NCBI RefSeq assembly: GCF_009914755.1
Contig: NC_060938.1
Length of the DNA stretch: 64,000 nt
DNA from: the human T2T-CHM13v2.0 reference genome, Homo sapiens
Strand: one strand, 5' to 3'
A program made the position numbers and the translations under genes. Each line of letters begins with the position of its first letter. Position 1 is the stretch's first letter. Below are positions 10,610 to 28,129 of the stretch, piece after piece. The notes beneath the pieces were generated by a model, which searched no databases, was not told the DNA's origin, and worked only from the letters and a program-made list of their open reading frames with translations.

Positions 10610-13177
10610 CCCCTTTTTTTTTGAGAGGTTGGAGGGTGTACTGATTCTACAGATGGTGAAGGCTTCAGATTCCGAAGAATCTGAAGGCTTTTGGTGAACA
10701 CCACTGATGCATTCAAGAAAGCTAATGAAAGGTTGGAGGCGTTTAGCCACCAATTGAGGTCATGTGTGAAAATCAGAAGGCCTTGTGCTGTTTAAAGCCA
10801 CCACATTTGTGGTATCTGTTATGCAGCACTAGAAAACTAAGAGAGATGTGGCTACCCAGAAGTGGGATGCTATAACAAATATCTAAAAATGTGGGAATGA
10901 CTTTGGAATTACACAGTGAGTGAAGGCTGGAAGAATTTTGAGGAGCTTGATAGAAAAAGCCTAGATTTCCTTAAGCAGACCTTTCTTAGAAATATGGATA
11001 CCGGATATGAAGCGGAGCCGCTGCCGCGACCGACCGCAGCTGCCGCCGCCCGACCGCCGGGAGGATGGAGTTCAGCGGGCAGCGGAGCTGTCTCAGTCTT
11101 TGCCGCCGCGCCGGCGAGCGCCGCCCGGGAGGCAGCGGCTGGAGGAGCGGACGGACCCCGCGGGGCCCGAGGGCAAGGAGCAGCCGCCTGCCTTGGCCTC
11201 CCAAAGTGCCGAGATTGCAGGCTCTGCCCGGCCGCCACCCCGTCTGGGAAGTGAGGAGTGTCTCTGCCTGGCCACCCATCGTCTGGGATGTGAGGAGCCC
11301 CTCTGCCTGGCTGCCCAGTCTGGAAAGTGAGGAGCGTCTCCGCCCGGCCGCCATCCCATCTAGGAAGTGAGGAGCGCCTCTTCCCAGCCGCCATCACATC
11401 TAGGAAGTGAGGAGCGTCTCTGCCCGGCCGCCCATCGTCTGAGATGTGGGGAGCGCCTCTGCCCCGCCGCCCCATCTGGGATGTGAGGAGCGCCTCTGCC
11501 CGGCCGAGACCCCGTCTGGGAGGTGAGGAGCGTCTCTGCCCGGCCGCCCCGTCTGAGAAGTGAGGGGAGACCCTCTGCCTGGCAACCACCCCGTCTGAGA
11601 AGTGAGGAGCCCCTCCGCCCGGCAGCTGCCCCGTCTGAGAATTGAGGAGCCTCTCCGCCCAGCAGCCACCCCATCTGGGAAGTTAGGAGCGTCTCCGCCC
11701 GGCAGCCACCCCGTCCGGGAGGGAGGTGGGGGGGTGGGGTCAGCCCCCGCCAGGCCAGCCGCCCCATCCGGGAGGGAGGTGGGGGGGTCAGCCCCCCGCC
11801 CGGCCAGCCGCCCCATCCGGGAGGGAGATGGGGTCAGCCCCCCGCCCGGCCAGCCGTGCCGTCCGGGAGGGAGGTGGGGGGGTCAGCCCCCCGCCTGGCC
11901 AGCCGTGCCGTCCGGGAGGGAGGTGGGGGGGTCAGCCCCCCGCCCGGCCAGCCGCCCCATCCGGGAGGGAGATGGGGTCAGCCCCCCGCCCGGCCAGCCG
12001 TGCCGTCCGGGAGGGAGGTGGGGGGGTCAGCCCCCCGCCTGGCCAGCCGTGCTGTCCGGGAGGGAGGTGGGGGGGTCGGCCCCCCGCCCGGCCAGCCGAC
12101 CCGTCCGGGAGGGAGGTGGGGATGTCGGCCCCCCGCCCGGCCAGCCGCCCCATCCGGGAGGGAGGTGGGGGTGTCGGCCCCCCCGCCTGGCCAGCCGCCC
12201 CGTCCGGGAGGTGAGGGGCGCCTCTGCCCGGCCGCCCCTACTGGGAAGTGAGGAGCCCCTCTGCCCGGCCAGCCGCCCCGTCCGGGAGGGAGGTGGGGGG
12301 GTCAGCCCCCCGCCTGGCCAGCCGCCCCGTCCGGGAGGGAGGTGGAGGGGGGTCAGCCCCCCCGCCCGGCCAGCCGCCCCGTCCGGGAGGTGAGGGGCGC
12401 CTCTGCCCGGCCGCCCCTACTGGGAAGTGAGGAGCCCCTCTGCCCGGCCAGCCGCCCCGTCCGGGAGGGAGGTGGGGGTGTCAGCCCCCCGCCCGGCCAG
12501 CCGCCCCGTCCGGGAGGGAGGTGGGGGGGGTCAGCCCCCCTGCCCGGCCAGCCGCCCCGTCCGGGAGGTGAGGGGCGCCTCTGCCCGGCCGCCCCTACTG
12601 GGAAGTGAGGAGCCCCTCTGCCCGGCCACCACCCCGTCTGGGAGGTGTGCCCAACAGCTCATTGAGAACGGGCCAGGATGACAATGGCGGCTTTGTGGAA
12701 TAGAAAGGCGGGAAAGGTGGGGAAAAGATTGAGAAATCGGATGGTTGCCGTGTCTGTGTAGAAAGTAGAAGACATGGGAGACTTTTCATTTTGTTCTGCA
12801 CTAAGAAAAATTCCTCTGCCTTGGGATCCTGTTGATCTGTGACCTTACCCCCAACCCTGTGCTCTCTGAAACATGTGCTGTGTCCACTCAGGGTTAAATG
12901 GATTAAGGGCGGTGCAAGATGTGCTTTGTTAAACAGATGCTTGAAGGCAGCATGCTCGTTAAGAGTCATCACCAATCCCTAATCTCAAGTAATCAGGGAC
13001 ACAAACACTGCGGAAGGCCGCAGGGTCCTCTGCCTAGGAAAACCAGAGACCTTTGTTCACTTGTTTATCTGCTGACCTTCCCTCCACTATTGTCCCATGA
13101 CCCTGCCAAATCCCCCTCTGTGAGAAACACCCAAGAATTATCAATAAAAAAATAAATTTAAAAAAAAAAAAAAAAAA
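10610..13177 (+). mobile_element. SVA_F1 (MAST2-SVA) with additional 5' transduction
   Basis: No (CCCTCT)n hexamer. MAST2 exon-1 sequence ~11000-11183 is joined to the SVA Alu-like domain, then GC-rich VNTR ~11240-12640, SINE-R ~12640-13150, AATAAA and polyA. 16-bp TSD AAAGGAACGCAGCTCC at 10594-10609 and 13178-13193. Confidence 0.93.
11240..12640 (+). repeat. SVA VNTR (GC-rich ~37-50 bp units)
   Basis: Tandem units such as ccggccagccgccccgtccgggagggaggtgggggggtcagccccccgc. Confidence 0.95.
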
Positions 13178-14184
13178 AAAGGAACGCAGCTCCTCACCAG
13201 CAATGGAACAAAGCTGGACGGAGAATGACTTTGATGAGTTGAGAGAAGAAGGCTTCAGATGATCAAACTTCTCTGAGCTAAAGGAGGAAGTTCGAACCCA
13301 TCGCAAAGAAGTTAAAAACCTTGAAAAAAGATTAGACGAATGGCTAACTAGAATAACCAGTGTAGAGAAGGCCTTAAATGACCTGATGGAGCCGAAAACC
13401 ATGGCACGAGAACTACGTGACGAATGCACAAGCTTCCGTAGCTGATTTGATCAAATGGAAGAAAGGGTATCAGTGACTGAAGATCAAATGAATGAAATGA
13501 AGCGAGAAGAGAAGTTTAGAGAAAAAGGAATAAAAAGAAATGAACAAATCCTCCAAGAAATATGGGACGATGTGAAAAGACCAAATCTACATCTGATTGG
13601 TGTACCTGAAAGTGACGGGGAGAATGGAACCAAGTTGGAAAACACTCTGCAGGATATTATCCAGGAGAGCTTCCCCAACCTAGCAAGGCAGGCCAACATT
13701 CAAATCCAGGGAATTCAGAGAAGGCCACAAAGATACTCCTTGAGAAGAGCAACTCAAAGACACATAATTGTCAGATTCACTAAAGTTGAAATGAAGGAAA
13801 AAATGTTAAGGGCAGCCAGAGAGAAAGGTCGGGTTACCCACAAAGGGAAGCCCATCAGACTAACAGCTGATCTCTCTACAGCCAGAAACCCTACAAGCCA
13901 GAAGAGAGTGGGGGCCAATATTCAACATTCTTAAAGAAAAGAATTTTCAACCCAGAATTTCATATCCAGCCAAACTAAGCTTCATAAGTGAAGGAGAAAT
14001 AAAATCCTTTACAGACAAGCAAATGCTGAGAGATTTTGTCACCACCAGGCCTGCCCTACAAGAGCTCCTGAAGGAAGCACTAAACATGGAAAGGAACAAC
14101 CTGTACCAGCCACTGGAAAAACATGCCAAGTTGTAAAGACCGTTGAGGCTAGGAAGAAACTGCATCAACTAATGAGCAAAATAA

Positions 14185-18026
<3,842 letters not shown>

Positions 18027-18465
18027 ACAATGAGAACACATGGACACAGGAAGGGGAACATCACACACTGGGGCCTGTTGTGGGGTTGGGGGAGGGGGGA
18101 GGGATAGCATTAGGAGATATACCTAATGTAAATGATGAGTTAATGGGTGCAGTACACCAACATGGCACACGTATACATAGGTAACAAGCCTGCACGTTGT
18201 GCACATGTACCCTAGAACTTAAGGTAAAATTAAAATATAAAAAAAAAAAAAAGAAAAGAAAATTCCTTCTCACTGAGAGCAAATTGGTGCAACCTCTTTG
18301 TGGCATATGCAAATATCAATTAAAATTTAGAATACAAATATTCTTTGACCTAACGATTCCAATTCTAGGATTTTTTTTCATAAATAATAACGAAACCAGT
18401 CCAAGACAAAAACACACGTGTGTAAATATTTATTTCAGCATTATCTGTAAGATGAGACCCAATAG

Positions 18466-18789
<324 letters not shown>

Positions 18790-18810
18790 TGATAAATTTG
18801 TATACATCCA

Positions 18811-19106
<296 letters not shown>

Positions 19107-19419
19107 CCTATTAATACTAAGCCTGGTGCTGGCTCCTTATGCCATTTATGGCCTAAAGAGCAGTGCTAGTTCCTGCTTTTCTTCCAGCAGCCATAAAGTA
19201 AGGGCTGAGCACTGGAGATTAGAAAATAAAAGATCCCACCCATGTTTCTGCAGAATTTCCAGACCAACAGTATGGTAGGGGTAGACTAGGGTGTTAAGCA
19301 CCAAGAGGATTCAGCTGCATACACTTAACCTTGGCATAGTAATGTGATGAAATGCACACGTGCACAGGGAATGTTTAATAGTTCTTAGTCTCATAGGTTT
19401 GGTACCTGGACTCTCTCAA

Positions 19420-19650
19420 AAGGGTAGAGAATGGCTCTGAAGCCAGAATCAGAGATTTGGTCCCAATGCTGCTGTTTACTAGCTATTTGACCATGAATAA
19501 GCTACTCTTTGGTCTCAGTGTTCTTATCTGTAAATGGGATAATTCTAGCACCTATCTCCTAAGGTTGTTGTGAAGATTAAACAAATAAGTAAAATACATA
19601 CCAAACGCTTGACCAATGCTAGACATTGCTATATATTTAAAAGCTATTCT
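19420..19650 (+). mobile_element. MIR
   Basis: MIR core ctcagtgttcttatctgtaaatgggataat..gttgtgaagattaaa. Confidence 0.75.
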
Positions 19651-19678
19651 ATTTCAGAAAGAGAAAACAGTCCTATTT

Positions 19679-20127
<449 letters not shown>

Positions 20128-20818
20128 TCATTTTATCTCAAAATCATTTCTGAATCCCGCGGTCATTAATTTCAAATCCAGACTTGCCTTTGTATGTAAT
20201 TCTATGTAGTATTTTCATTCATTTACAAAAGTTCGGGGGCCCACCGTGATGGCGCCGGTGGTCTCTGAAAAGATCCAACCAAGCACTTGGTCTAGTGTGC
20301 AGGAACTCCCATCTGCTGCTGCGTAAATAACTCGCAGCGGAGTTTCTAGGCTAAAAGCACAGCAGTTTCCCTACTGTGTAGGCATGATACAGGATTCCCG
20401 AACAGGAGGCCGTCGTGTGATCCAGAGCAAGCCCTCACTTGTCTGGAGCTCAGCTTCATCAGCTCTAAAACAAAGGGATTGAATTAAATGGCCTATTTTG
20501 TCCTTTCCAATTAAAAAGACTCTAAATATATAAGAACCCTGTCTCAGGAAGCTGAGCTCTTTCTTATACTATGCTGAAACAGCTCCCCCCGCCCACCCCA
20601 ACCTTGCCACCATGCACTCAAGCACACAGAACCCGTGAAATAATAACAGCTCCCACTTACTGAGTGCAAAGTGCCGAGGGCTTTATATACGTCATTGCAA
20701 TTAATCTTCACAGTAAATCTGTGAGGTTGCTACTAATTCTTCAGATGCCCAGAGAAGTCAAACTGAAGGCCTAAGTGGGAGCCTTGCTTCTTCTTTGTTA
20801 GACAGGAACCTGGCCGGA

Positions 20819-21101
20819 TTTTTTGTGTTTGTTTGTTGGAGATAGGGTCTCGCTCTGTCGCCCAGGCTGGAGTGCACACTGCAGACTTGATCTCCTGAGC
20901 TCAAGCGATCCTCCTGCCTCAGCTTCCTGAGTACTGTAACTACAGGCCTGCACCACCATGCCCTGCTAATTTTTTACTTTTTGTAGAGACAGAGGCTCGC
21001 TATGTTGTCCAGGCTGGTCTTGAATTCCTGGGCTCAAGCAATCCTCCCGCCTTGGCCCCTAAAAGTGCTGGGATTACAGGCAGGAGCCACTGCACTGGGC
21101 C
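20819..21101 (-). mobile_element. AluJ
   Basis: Reverse AluJ dimer. Confidence 0.85.
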
Positions 21102-22459
21102 CTAGCCTAGATTATTAAAGTACCTGCTGGCTCTGTAACATCCTATAAATCTAGCTTCGTGGTCTTCTTCAGCTTTCCAAGTCAGCTACACCGGGGATGG
21201 GGGTCCAGGAACGTGGGATTCTTCCTGACGTGCAAGATGTGCAGTGATGTGCACCATCATCCTTGGATTCTACTTTTTGAATATGTTTTTTTTAGCCATG
21301 CTGGTTTTATTCATATAAAGCAGCACCCAAAGTGTTCTCCTGGAGCCTTTGAGAGCGTCCAGGACAAGCAGAGCTTCTGCACACTTGATTCCAAACCTCC
21401 TCCTTGCTCTCAAAAGGCCAGACACCTCCAGAGTTTCTCTCAGGAGAGAGACTGAGCGGAGTTCCCCTCCTGTGGGTGTTTGGCTTGCATCAGGCCGCTG
21501 AGTGAGGCCGAACCACAGCAGAGTGATGTCACCTCACTTTCAGGTCTGCTTTCAAAGCACATATTAAAGTTTCTGATTCTACCACAGCCACACATTTTCT
21601 CAGTTTTCATCTTCCATCCCTGCCTTAAGCATTTCAGTCTATCCAGCCAATCTCTCTCTGTCTGTCTTTCTCTCTCTCGCTCATACACACATGCTCATAT
21701 ATACACTCATACTCTCATTCATCTTATATTTCATAGTTCAAAATAAACATCAAAATTAAGGCTGTTCCCGTGACAAGAAAGTATATACAAAGAAGTGAGA
21801 GGCTGATTCATAAAACCGCCCGCATTCAGGGCTCTTTGGAACCATCCTCCTCTTTACAGGGCTGAGGGCTGCAATAAATAGAGCTCATCAGAGACTCAGA
21901 CATACTCAGAATAAGAAGTGCACACATTTAATAGAGCAGCTGTGTTGGTCTGCGTTCCTGGAGGGGTGTGGGAGGAGACTGGCATCCATTCGCTGCTCTG
22001 GAAAGGCTGTGCCAACAGCACCAAAAGGACCAAGGAAGTACCCGGTGCCGTGGGCGGCACCCACCAGGCATGAGGTCCACCAACTGGACCAGTCTCCTCG
22101 CCCACCCACTGGCCACGGCCACCAAGGGGCTGGCCACCAACACCGCACCCACCTGTGGGGCCTCCAGCCTCTTGGAGGCGAGGTGGGGCTGTGTGGGGGA
22201 CTCCCCAAAACCCTCCCACCAGAACATCCAGGAGTGACTCAGTCTGGTGCGAGTCTGGAGTGGGAGGGGCAGGACTCATCCTGGGCAACCTGCAACTCCT
22301 CGGGGAGAAGGACACCAAGACTTCGAGGCCATTGGAGGCCACCTCCCCACAGGAAGGAAGCGCCTAGGCCTCCATGTCCTTAAGGAGAAAAATCCTGCCA
22401 TCCAGGAAAAGGAGGCACCACTTTACTTCCCACTGGGCCTTCACTTCCTGTGGGATCTC

Positions 22460-22648
22460 TGGATGGTATTTAGCAAACAGAAATACAGAACACTCAGTTA
22501 CATCTGAATTTCAGATAATCGGCAAATCCTGTTTCTATGTAAATATGTCCCACATACTGCGTGGGGTACATTTAAGACTAAAACATTATTTGTTACTTAT
22601 CTGAAATTTAAATATAACTGGGCATCTTGTTTTTATCTGGCAATTCTG
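22460..22648. mobile_element. MER53-like palindromic hAT MITE
   Basis: tttagcaaa..cagttacatctgaatttcagataa..gtccca..tgggg..ttatctgaaatttaaatataactggg..tctggcaa forms an inverted-repeat structure. Confidence 0.75.
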
Positions 22649-25226
22649 CCTTCCTTATGGTCTTCCCTCTGGCCAGGCCTTCCCAGGTGAGAGTTAATTC
22701 TATGTGCTCTCAAGCAGAAATTTGTTCAGTTCAGATTCTCCTGGGATTCCTGGTGAAAAGGCAAAGATCTCAGGCCACATCTGTTGAATAATATCTCTGG
22801 GGGTGCGACCCAGAATACACATTTTATTAAGTTGTTATCTAAGTGGTTCTGATATACATTTGTATTAGTTATCTATTGCTTCTGAACAAATTACCCTAAA
22901 AATCAGGCTGAAAACCACCAATATTTATCACCTTGTAGTTTATATGGGTGAGGACTTTGGGACTGACTTGGCCTTATGATCCTGGCTCGTGGTCTTTCAT
23001 GGCGCTGCAGTCAAGATGTTTGTCATCTCAAGCCTTCGCTGGTGCTAGGGAGTCTGCTTCCAAGCTCACCTAACTGGCCCTCAGCAGGCCTTGGGTCCTG
23101 GAAACATCAGTTCCTCACCACAGGGACCTGTCTATAGGGCTGCTCACAGCATGGCATCTGGCCTTTCCCAGGGTTAGAAAGGAGATGGAGGGATGGAGGG
23201 AGAAAGGGAAGGGGAGAGAGGGAGAGAAAGAGAGAAGTAGGGGGTGGAGGTGAAGCACAAACACAAAAGTGAGCCCTCAAGACAAATCTACTCAAGGGAA
23301 GAGGGAAGATAATTACCCAAGAGCATGAATGGCAAGAGGCGGGAATCCTGGGGGCTGTCTTAGAGGCTACCCACCACCATGTTCAAGTTTGGGAATTCCT
23401 GCTATAGATCGGTCCTCAACACACTGGAGCCAAGACCACATTGTAAACAATGGGATCCAGTGTATTTCTTTCCTTATTTTTCCTTGCTTCCACTCCTCCT
23501 CCCTGTCCACTTTTTGGTGATCTGAGACAATAACAATGAAGAACTATAAAGAAGTGAAGAAGAAAAAGAAATCAAAATAGCAATCTTAGGAGGTTAAGAG
23601 TAAATTTTAAAATGCTGGCAAATACTGTTTGGGTAGAATGAAACTATATGCAAATCCCATGCATATATAGCTGTGTCCTAAAATGTCTTAGCATTCAGTG
23701 TGGTTCTTGGAGAATCTCCTGTGAGTACTAATGAAAATACAGAAGTAGGGTGACCAATTGTCTTAGTTTGACCAGGACTCTCCCATGTCTGGGCAGAACA
23801 ATATGGTTGGTTACCTTTATAACAAGGAGCCAATAAGTCATTGCATCAGCCACTCTGCCCCCATCTAGAGACTGAGGGGGTCAGCCTCGTGATGGAGTGG
23901 AGAGGACACGGGTTTTGAGCTGCAGGCCCAGTATGTGCCTTTAGCTGTGGCCTTGAGCTATCTCATCTAGAAAACGGGAACCATGCATCTGCTTGGTAGA
24001 GCGTAAATGATACACAGGGGAGTGCCTTGTAAACTGAGAGGTGTCGTCTCGATTTTAAAAAGAACCCCTCCTGTCAAGGAAGGTGAGATCAAAAATATCA
24101 CCCCTTTTCACTTTTGCGACCAAGTCTGACATTTTCTCTTTCACGTAGTCTGGCCATGCTGACTTCCTGGAGAGGTGAACACAGCCCACAAAAGCTGTGG
24201 GCTTTTACACTCGTTTAATTTTCATCTTAATTTGCCATTTAACCCCAAATTGATTTATACTATTCCCTCCAGAAAATGCTAATCTCCCCAAAAGAACAGT
24301 CATCTCTATTATATCCTCAGTGACAAGTTTCCCAGGAAATCTGTACCAAGTCCTGATGTAAAAGATGTGATTCATCTTTCACAGCTCTGGCGGTGTGACT
24401 CTCTCCTCTCAGGGAGAGAACTGTCCCCAGCAGCACTGTTTCCCTCACCCTCCTCCACTGCCATTCCTCAAGGTCTGGGAGTGAAAAAGTGAGTAATATT
24501 TAAATTCTGTTAAAGTGCTCATTCCCTCTCTTTTTTTTTTCTTCTGGGTTGTCTCATTCTGGGGAGTAAATGTGCAGGCCTGTACATTTATATGACCCAA
24601 AGTCTCTAATTCAAAATGGCAATACCATTTTGAATGAACTCTATTTTTCTTGAGATGGGTCAATTGCAAGAATAGCCATACTTCTCTTCTATAATGATTC
24701 TGTCCATCGTTCTCCTTCACCCACCCCGGGCCCTAGATGTGAGTCTCAGGCACCCTACAAAGACCTTGGACTGATGATAATGCAGAGGAAAGATGATCTC
24801 AGTCTGTTCTGTTCCCTGCCAGTTTGCAGCTATATGACCCTGGACCTCTCTTAGTCTCAATGGGGAGAAAGAGATCTGGCTGTCCCATGGCATCAGGTGG
24901 TTGTAAGGATGAAATAAACAAGATTAATATCAATGAAAGTCCTTTCAAAACCTTAGAGTACCATATAAATAAAAGGTAGTTAGTTTATTCATTAGAGTCC
25001 TTCCGTTGCCATACTTCAGATATCTTCCCAGCTGAGTATTCCATTAGAATTATTACTTGCTTTGGTTACTGGGTGAGAATTTCTGCTTACTGGCCTTGGC
25101 GGGTTTACCTAATAATTTAATTAAATTATTTAAATTTAAATTACTGGAGGTAATTTTAAAACTTTCACAAATCTGCTGCCTCATGCTTTTTGTTTTATAG
25201 TTTTAACACTTAAGAGGCTAATTTTT

Positions 25227-25348
25227 GGCTGGTCTGAGTGCATTGGTGTTTACAACTAATTGATCATAATCAGTTACAGATTTCTTTATTCATTCTCCAC
25301 TCCCACTGCTTCACTTGACTAGCCTAAAAAAAAAAAAAAAAAAAAAAA
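25227..25348 (+). pseudogene. Y3 RNA (RNY3) retropseudogene with polyA
   Basis: GGCTGGTCTGAGTGCATTGGTGTTTACAACTAATTGATC...CACTGCTTCACTTGACTAGCCT, A23 tail, imperfect TSD aggctaa(t/a)tttt. Confidence 0.92.
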
Positions 25349-25957
25349 GGCTAAATTTTGCCCCTGCACTTTAGGCACACCATCATCAAGACCAGTTTAC
25401 AAAGTATGTCCTTTCCCTGACATTCAAGATGGTGCGATTTCAGTTTACACAGAATTTAACTTTTAGTTTTATACCATTTCTATACAGATATGGAATTTTT
25501 TTTAAACCTACTTTTGCAATCAGCAGTTCTACCTCAATAAAATTGACTTTTAAAAAATGAGCCAGGCTTAGCTAATCTTAAACAAGTACCACAATTAAAG
25601 AGAAGATTATAAACACAGCTTCCCTCCCTGGTTCCTTTAGTTGCATGCAAGCTTGTAGTTAATATAAAAGTAAAACATTACCACCATGTCAAAAGAAAAG
25701 AGGAAACTTAAAAAAAAAAAAGGTTCACCTACCAGCCTGATACCACAAGTGGATAGACTGAAAATGAAACAAAGTGAATTGCTCCATTAACAGCATTCTT
25801 CTTCTGAAAGAAAAAGGATGGGAGGGTTGGGTTCAAAGACTCAACCTTATCCTACAGTGCTTTTTCATCTTTCCAGGGCATGTGGTGAGTGGGAGTTAAG
25901 GTCAGTACCTTGCATAAGATCTCTCAGCCAATTCTTGATGGAGCTAGGCAAAAATGT

Positions 25958-26372
25958 TGTGATGGTTAATTTTACATGTCAATTTGGCTGGGCCAAAGTG
26001 CCCAGATATTTGGTCAAACATTATTGTGGGTGTTCCTGGTGAGGGTGTTTTTAGATGACATTGACATTTAAATTGGTTGACTTTCAGTAAAGCAGATGGC
26101 CCTCCATAACGTCTGATAAGCCTCACCAATCATGTGAAGGCCTGAATGGAACAGAAGGCTGGCCTCTCCTGAGCAAGAAGGAGTCTGCTAGCAAGCAGCC
26201 TTCAGACCTCAACTGCAACATTAGCTCTTTACTGGGTCTTTAGCTGCTGGCCCACCCTGTAAATATTGGACTGACCAGCCTCCATCACATGAGCCAATTC
26301 CTGAAAACCAATCTCTCTCTCTCTATGCACATCCTATTGTTTCTGTTTCTTTGGAGAACCCTGACTAGCAGA
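25958..26372 (+). mobile_element. MLT2 (ERVL) LTR
   Basis: tgtgatggttaattttacatgtcaatttggctggg...ttctttggagaaccctgact. Confidence 0.85.
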
Positions 26373-27146
26373 GATGTAAGGCAAGAAGAACTTTAAACAG
26401 CAGGATAAGAGTCTGAGCCATTTCCCTCCTCCACAGTAAATTCACTCACACACACACATGATTTTTAAGCTGAGATAGGAGCGTTGATTATTTCAAGGAC
26501 ATTGACTAGTGGAGTGGCTGTCAGAAGTTTGCAGCTCTGCCCTGCTGGGAGTCAAAAGGCTGGGTTGAGTCCCCTTCCCACAGCTTACTGGCTGGGGGGC
26601 CCCAGCTGAGTCATTTAACTTCTCTCAGCCTCGGTTTCCTCATCTGACAAAATAGAAAGCTCTTTGTAAACACTGCTATAGAGTGTCTGATATTATTTTT
26701 ACTTACCATATTTCTTAAAGCAATGATAATAGCTAACATTAGAGGACTTTATACGTGCCAGGCTTTGTGCCAAGAAGATATATTATCTCATTTAATCTGT
26801 CCAACAACCCCATGATGTGCGTAGTACCATGTCTCCACTTTACAAATGAAGAAACTGAGGCAGAGAGTTGAGCTGCCTGCCGAGGTCACATTGCCGGGAT
26901 GCAGCAGAGCTGGGATCTACACCTGGCCTATCAGAACTAGGGAACATTCTCCCTAATGATTACCTCTGTAACTGCAGATGGTTATTTAACCACTTTAAGT
27001 TCTGATATTCTTGTATGTGCCATGGGATACCTGCCCATCTCCTAGGCCTGTTGTGAGAATTCAGGGAATGACATTTGGGAGTGACATCTAGCACACTGCG
27101 TGGTGTGCACTCAAAGGGTGTGAGAAGAATTTCTATTATAGGCACT

Positions 27147-27810
27147 TGTTATGTACTGAATGTTTGTGGCCTCCCCAAATTCCTATGTTGAAATCCTAAC
27201 CTCCAATGTAATGGTATTAGGAGGCAGGGCCTTTGGGAGGTGACTGGGTTATGAGGGTGGCAGGCTCATGAATGGTATTAGTGCCCTTATAAAAAGACAC
27301 AAGAGCTTGCTCTCTCTTTTCTCTCTGCCAAGTGAGGACACAGCAAGAAGACACCCACCTGCAAACCAGGAATAGGGTCCACACTAGACGCCAGATGCAG
27401 GCACCTTGATCTTGGACTGTCCAGCCTCGAGAACTGTGAAAAAATTAAACAACAAAATTTCTATTGTCTAAGCCAGCAGTCCCCAACCTTTTTGACACCA
27501 GGGACTCATTTTGTGGAAGACAATTTGTCCACGGACCAGTGGTGGGAGGCATTAAAGTCTCATAAGGAGCACACAAGCTCCATCCCTCACATGACAGTTC
27601 ACAGCAGGGTTTGCGCTCCTGTGAGAATCTGACGCCGCTGCTTATCTGGCAGGATGTGGGGCTCACTGGAGTGCTGCTCATCTCCTGCTCTGCACCTCAG
27701 GTCCTAACAGGCCATGGACCAGTAGCAGTCCACGGCCCAAGGACTGGGGACCCCTGGTCTAAGCCACCAGTCTGCAGTGTATGTGTTATAGCTGCCTGGG
27801 TTAAGACAAT
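27147..27810 (+). mobile_element. MaLR LTR (MLT1A/MST) split by MER1B
   Basis: tgttatgtactgaatgtttgt..ccagcctcgagaactgtga..; resumes after 27764. Confidence 0.8.
27474..27756 (+). mobile_element. MER1B (hAT-Charlie) DNA transposon
   Basis: TIRs cagcagtcccca / tggggacccctg with perfect 8-bp TSD GTCTAAGC (27466-27473, 27757-27764). Confidence 0.88.
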
Positions 27811-28129
27811 GTCCCATGTCCCAAAACACCAGTCCCTTCACAGGAGATAATTTAATCCCATGTGCTAATAGGGGAAGCAGCCAGGTTTGCTGGAAATTAA
27901 TGACTACTCTGCCATAGTTAACAAAACCTTGTTTTAAGAAATATTTTTCTTGAAAAGAGTAGATGAATTTGAACAAATGTTTAATGTTAAGTCTTTTGTT
28001 AAGCAAATACCTTCTTCTTGAATATATTTATGATTAGTTTATTTATACAGTCTAAACTACTCTATAACTCAGTTTTTGACATATCAAATAATCCTTAAAA
28101 TGCTGATGAAATATATTTCATACTTTTAA

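Larger units (their letters stand above)
10533..14136 (+). pseudogene. L1 ORF1, disabled
   Basis: Start codon reads ACG (10533). Split by the SVA at 10610-13177, with in-frame TGAs (~13260, ~13444). ORF1p RRM sequence KRPNLHLIGVPESDGE is visible in ORF 13455-13934. Confidence 0.9.

Noticed and set aside
11240-12640. Regularly spaced repeats resembling a CRISPR array, with many long Pro/Gly/Arg ORFs
   Set aside because: This is the SVA VNTR. There are no unique spacers or cas genes, and the ORFs arise from stop-poor GC-rich repeats.
25111-25130. Perfect 20-bp palindrome aataatttaattaaattatt
   Set aside because: It is pure A/T low-complexity sequence, plausible by chance.
25227-25325. Functional Y3 RNA gene
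   Set aside because: PolyA tail, TSD, substitutions and no oligo-T terminator indicate a retropseudogene.
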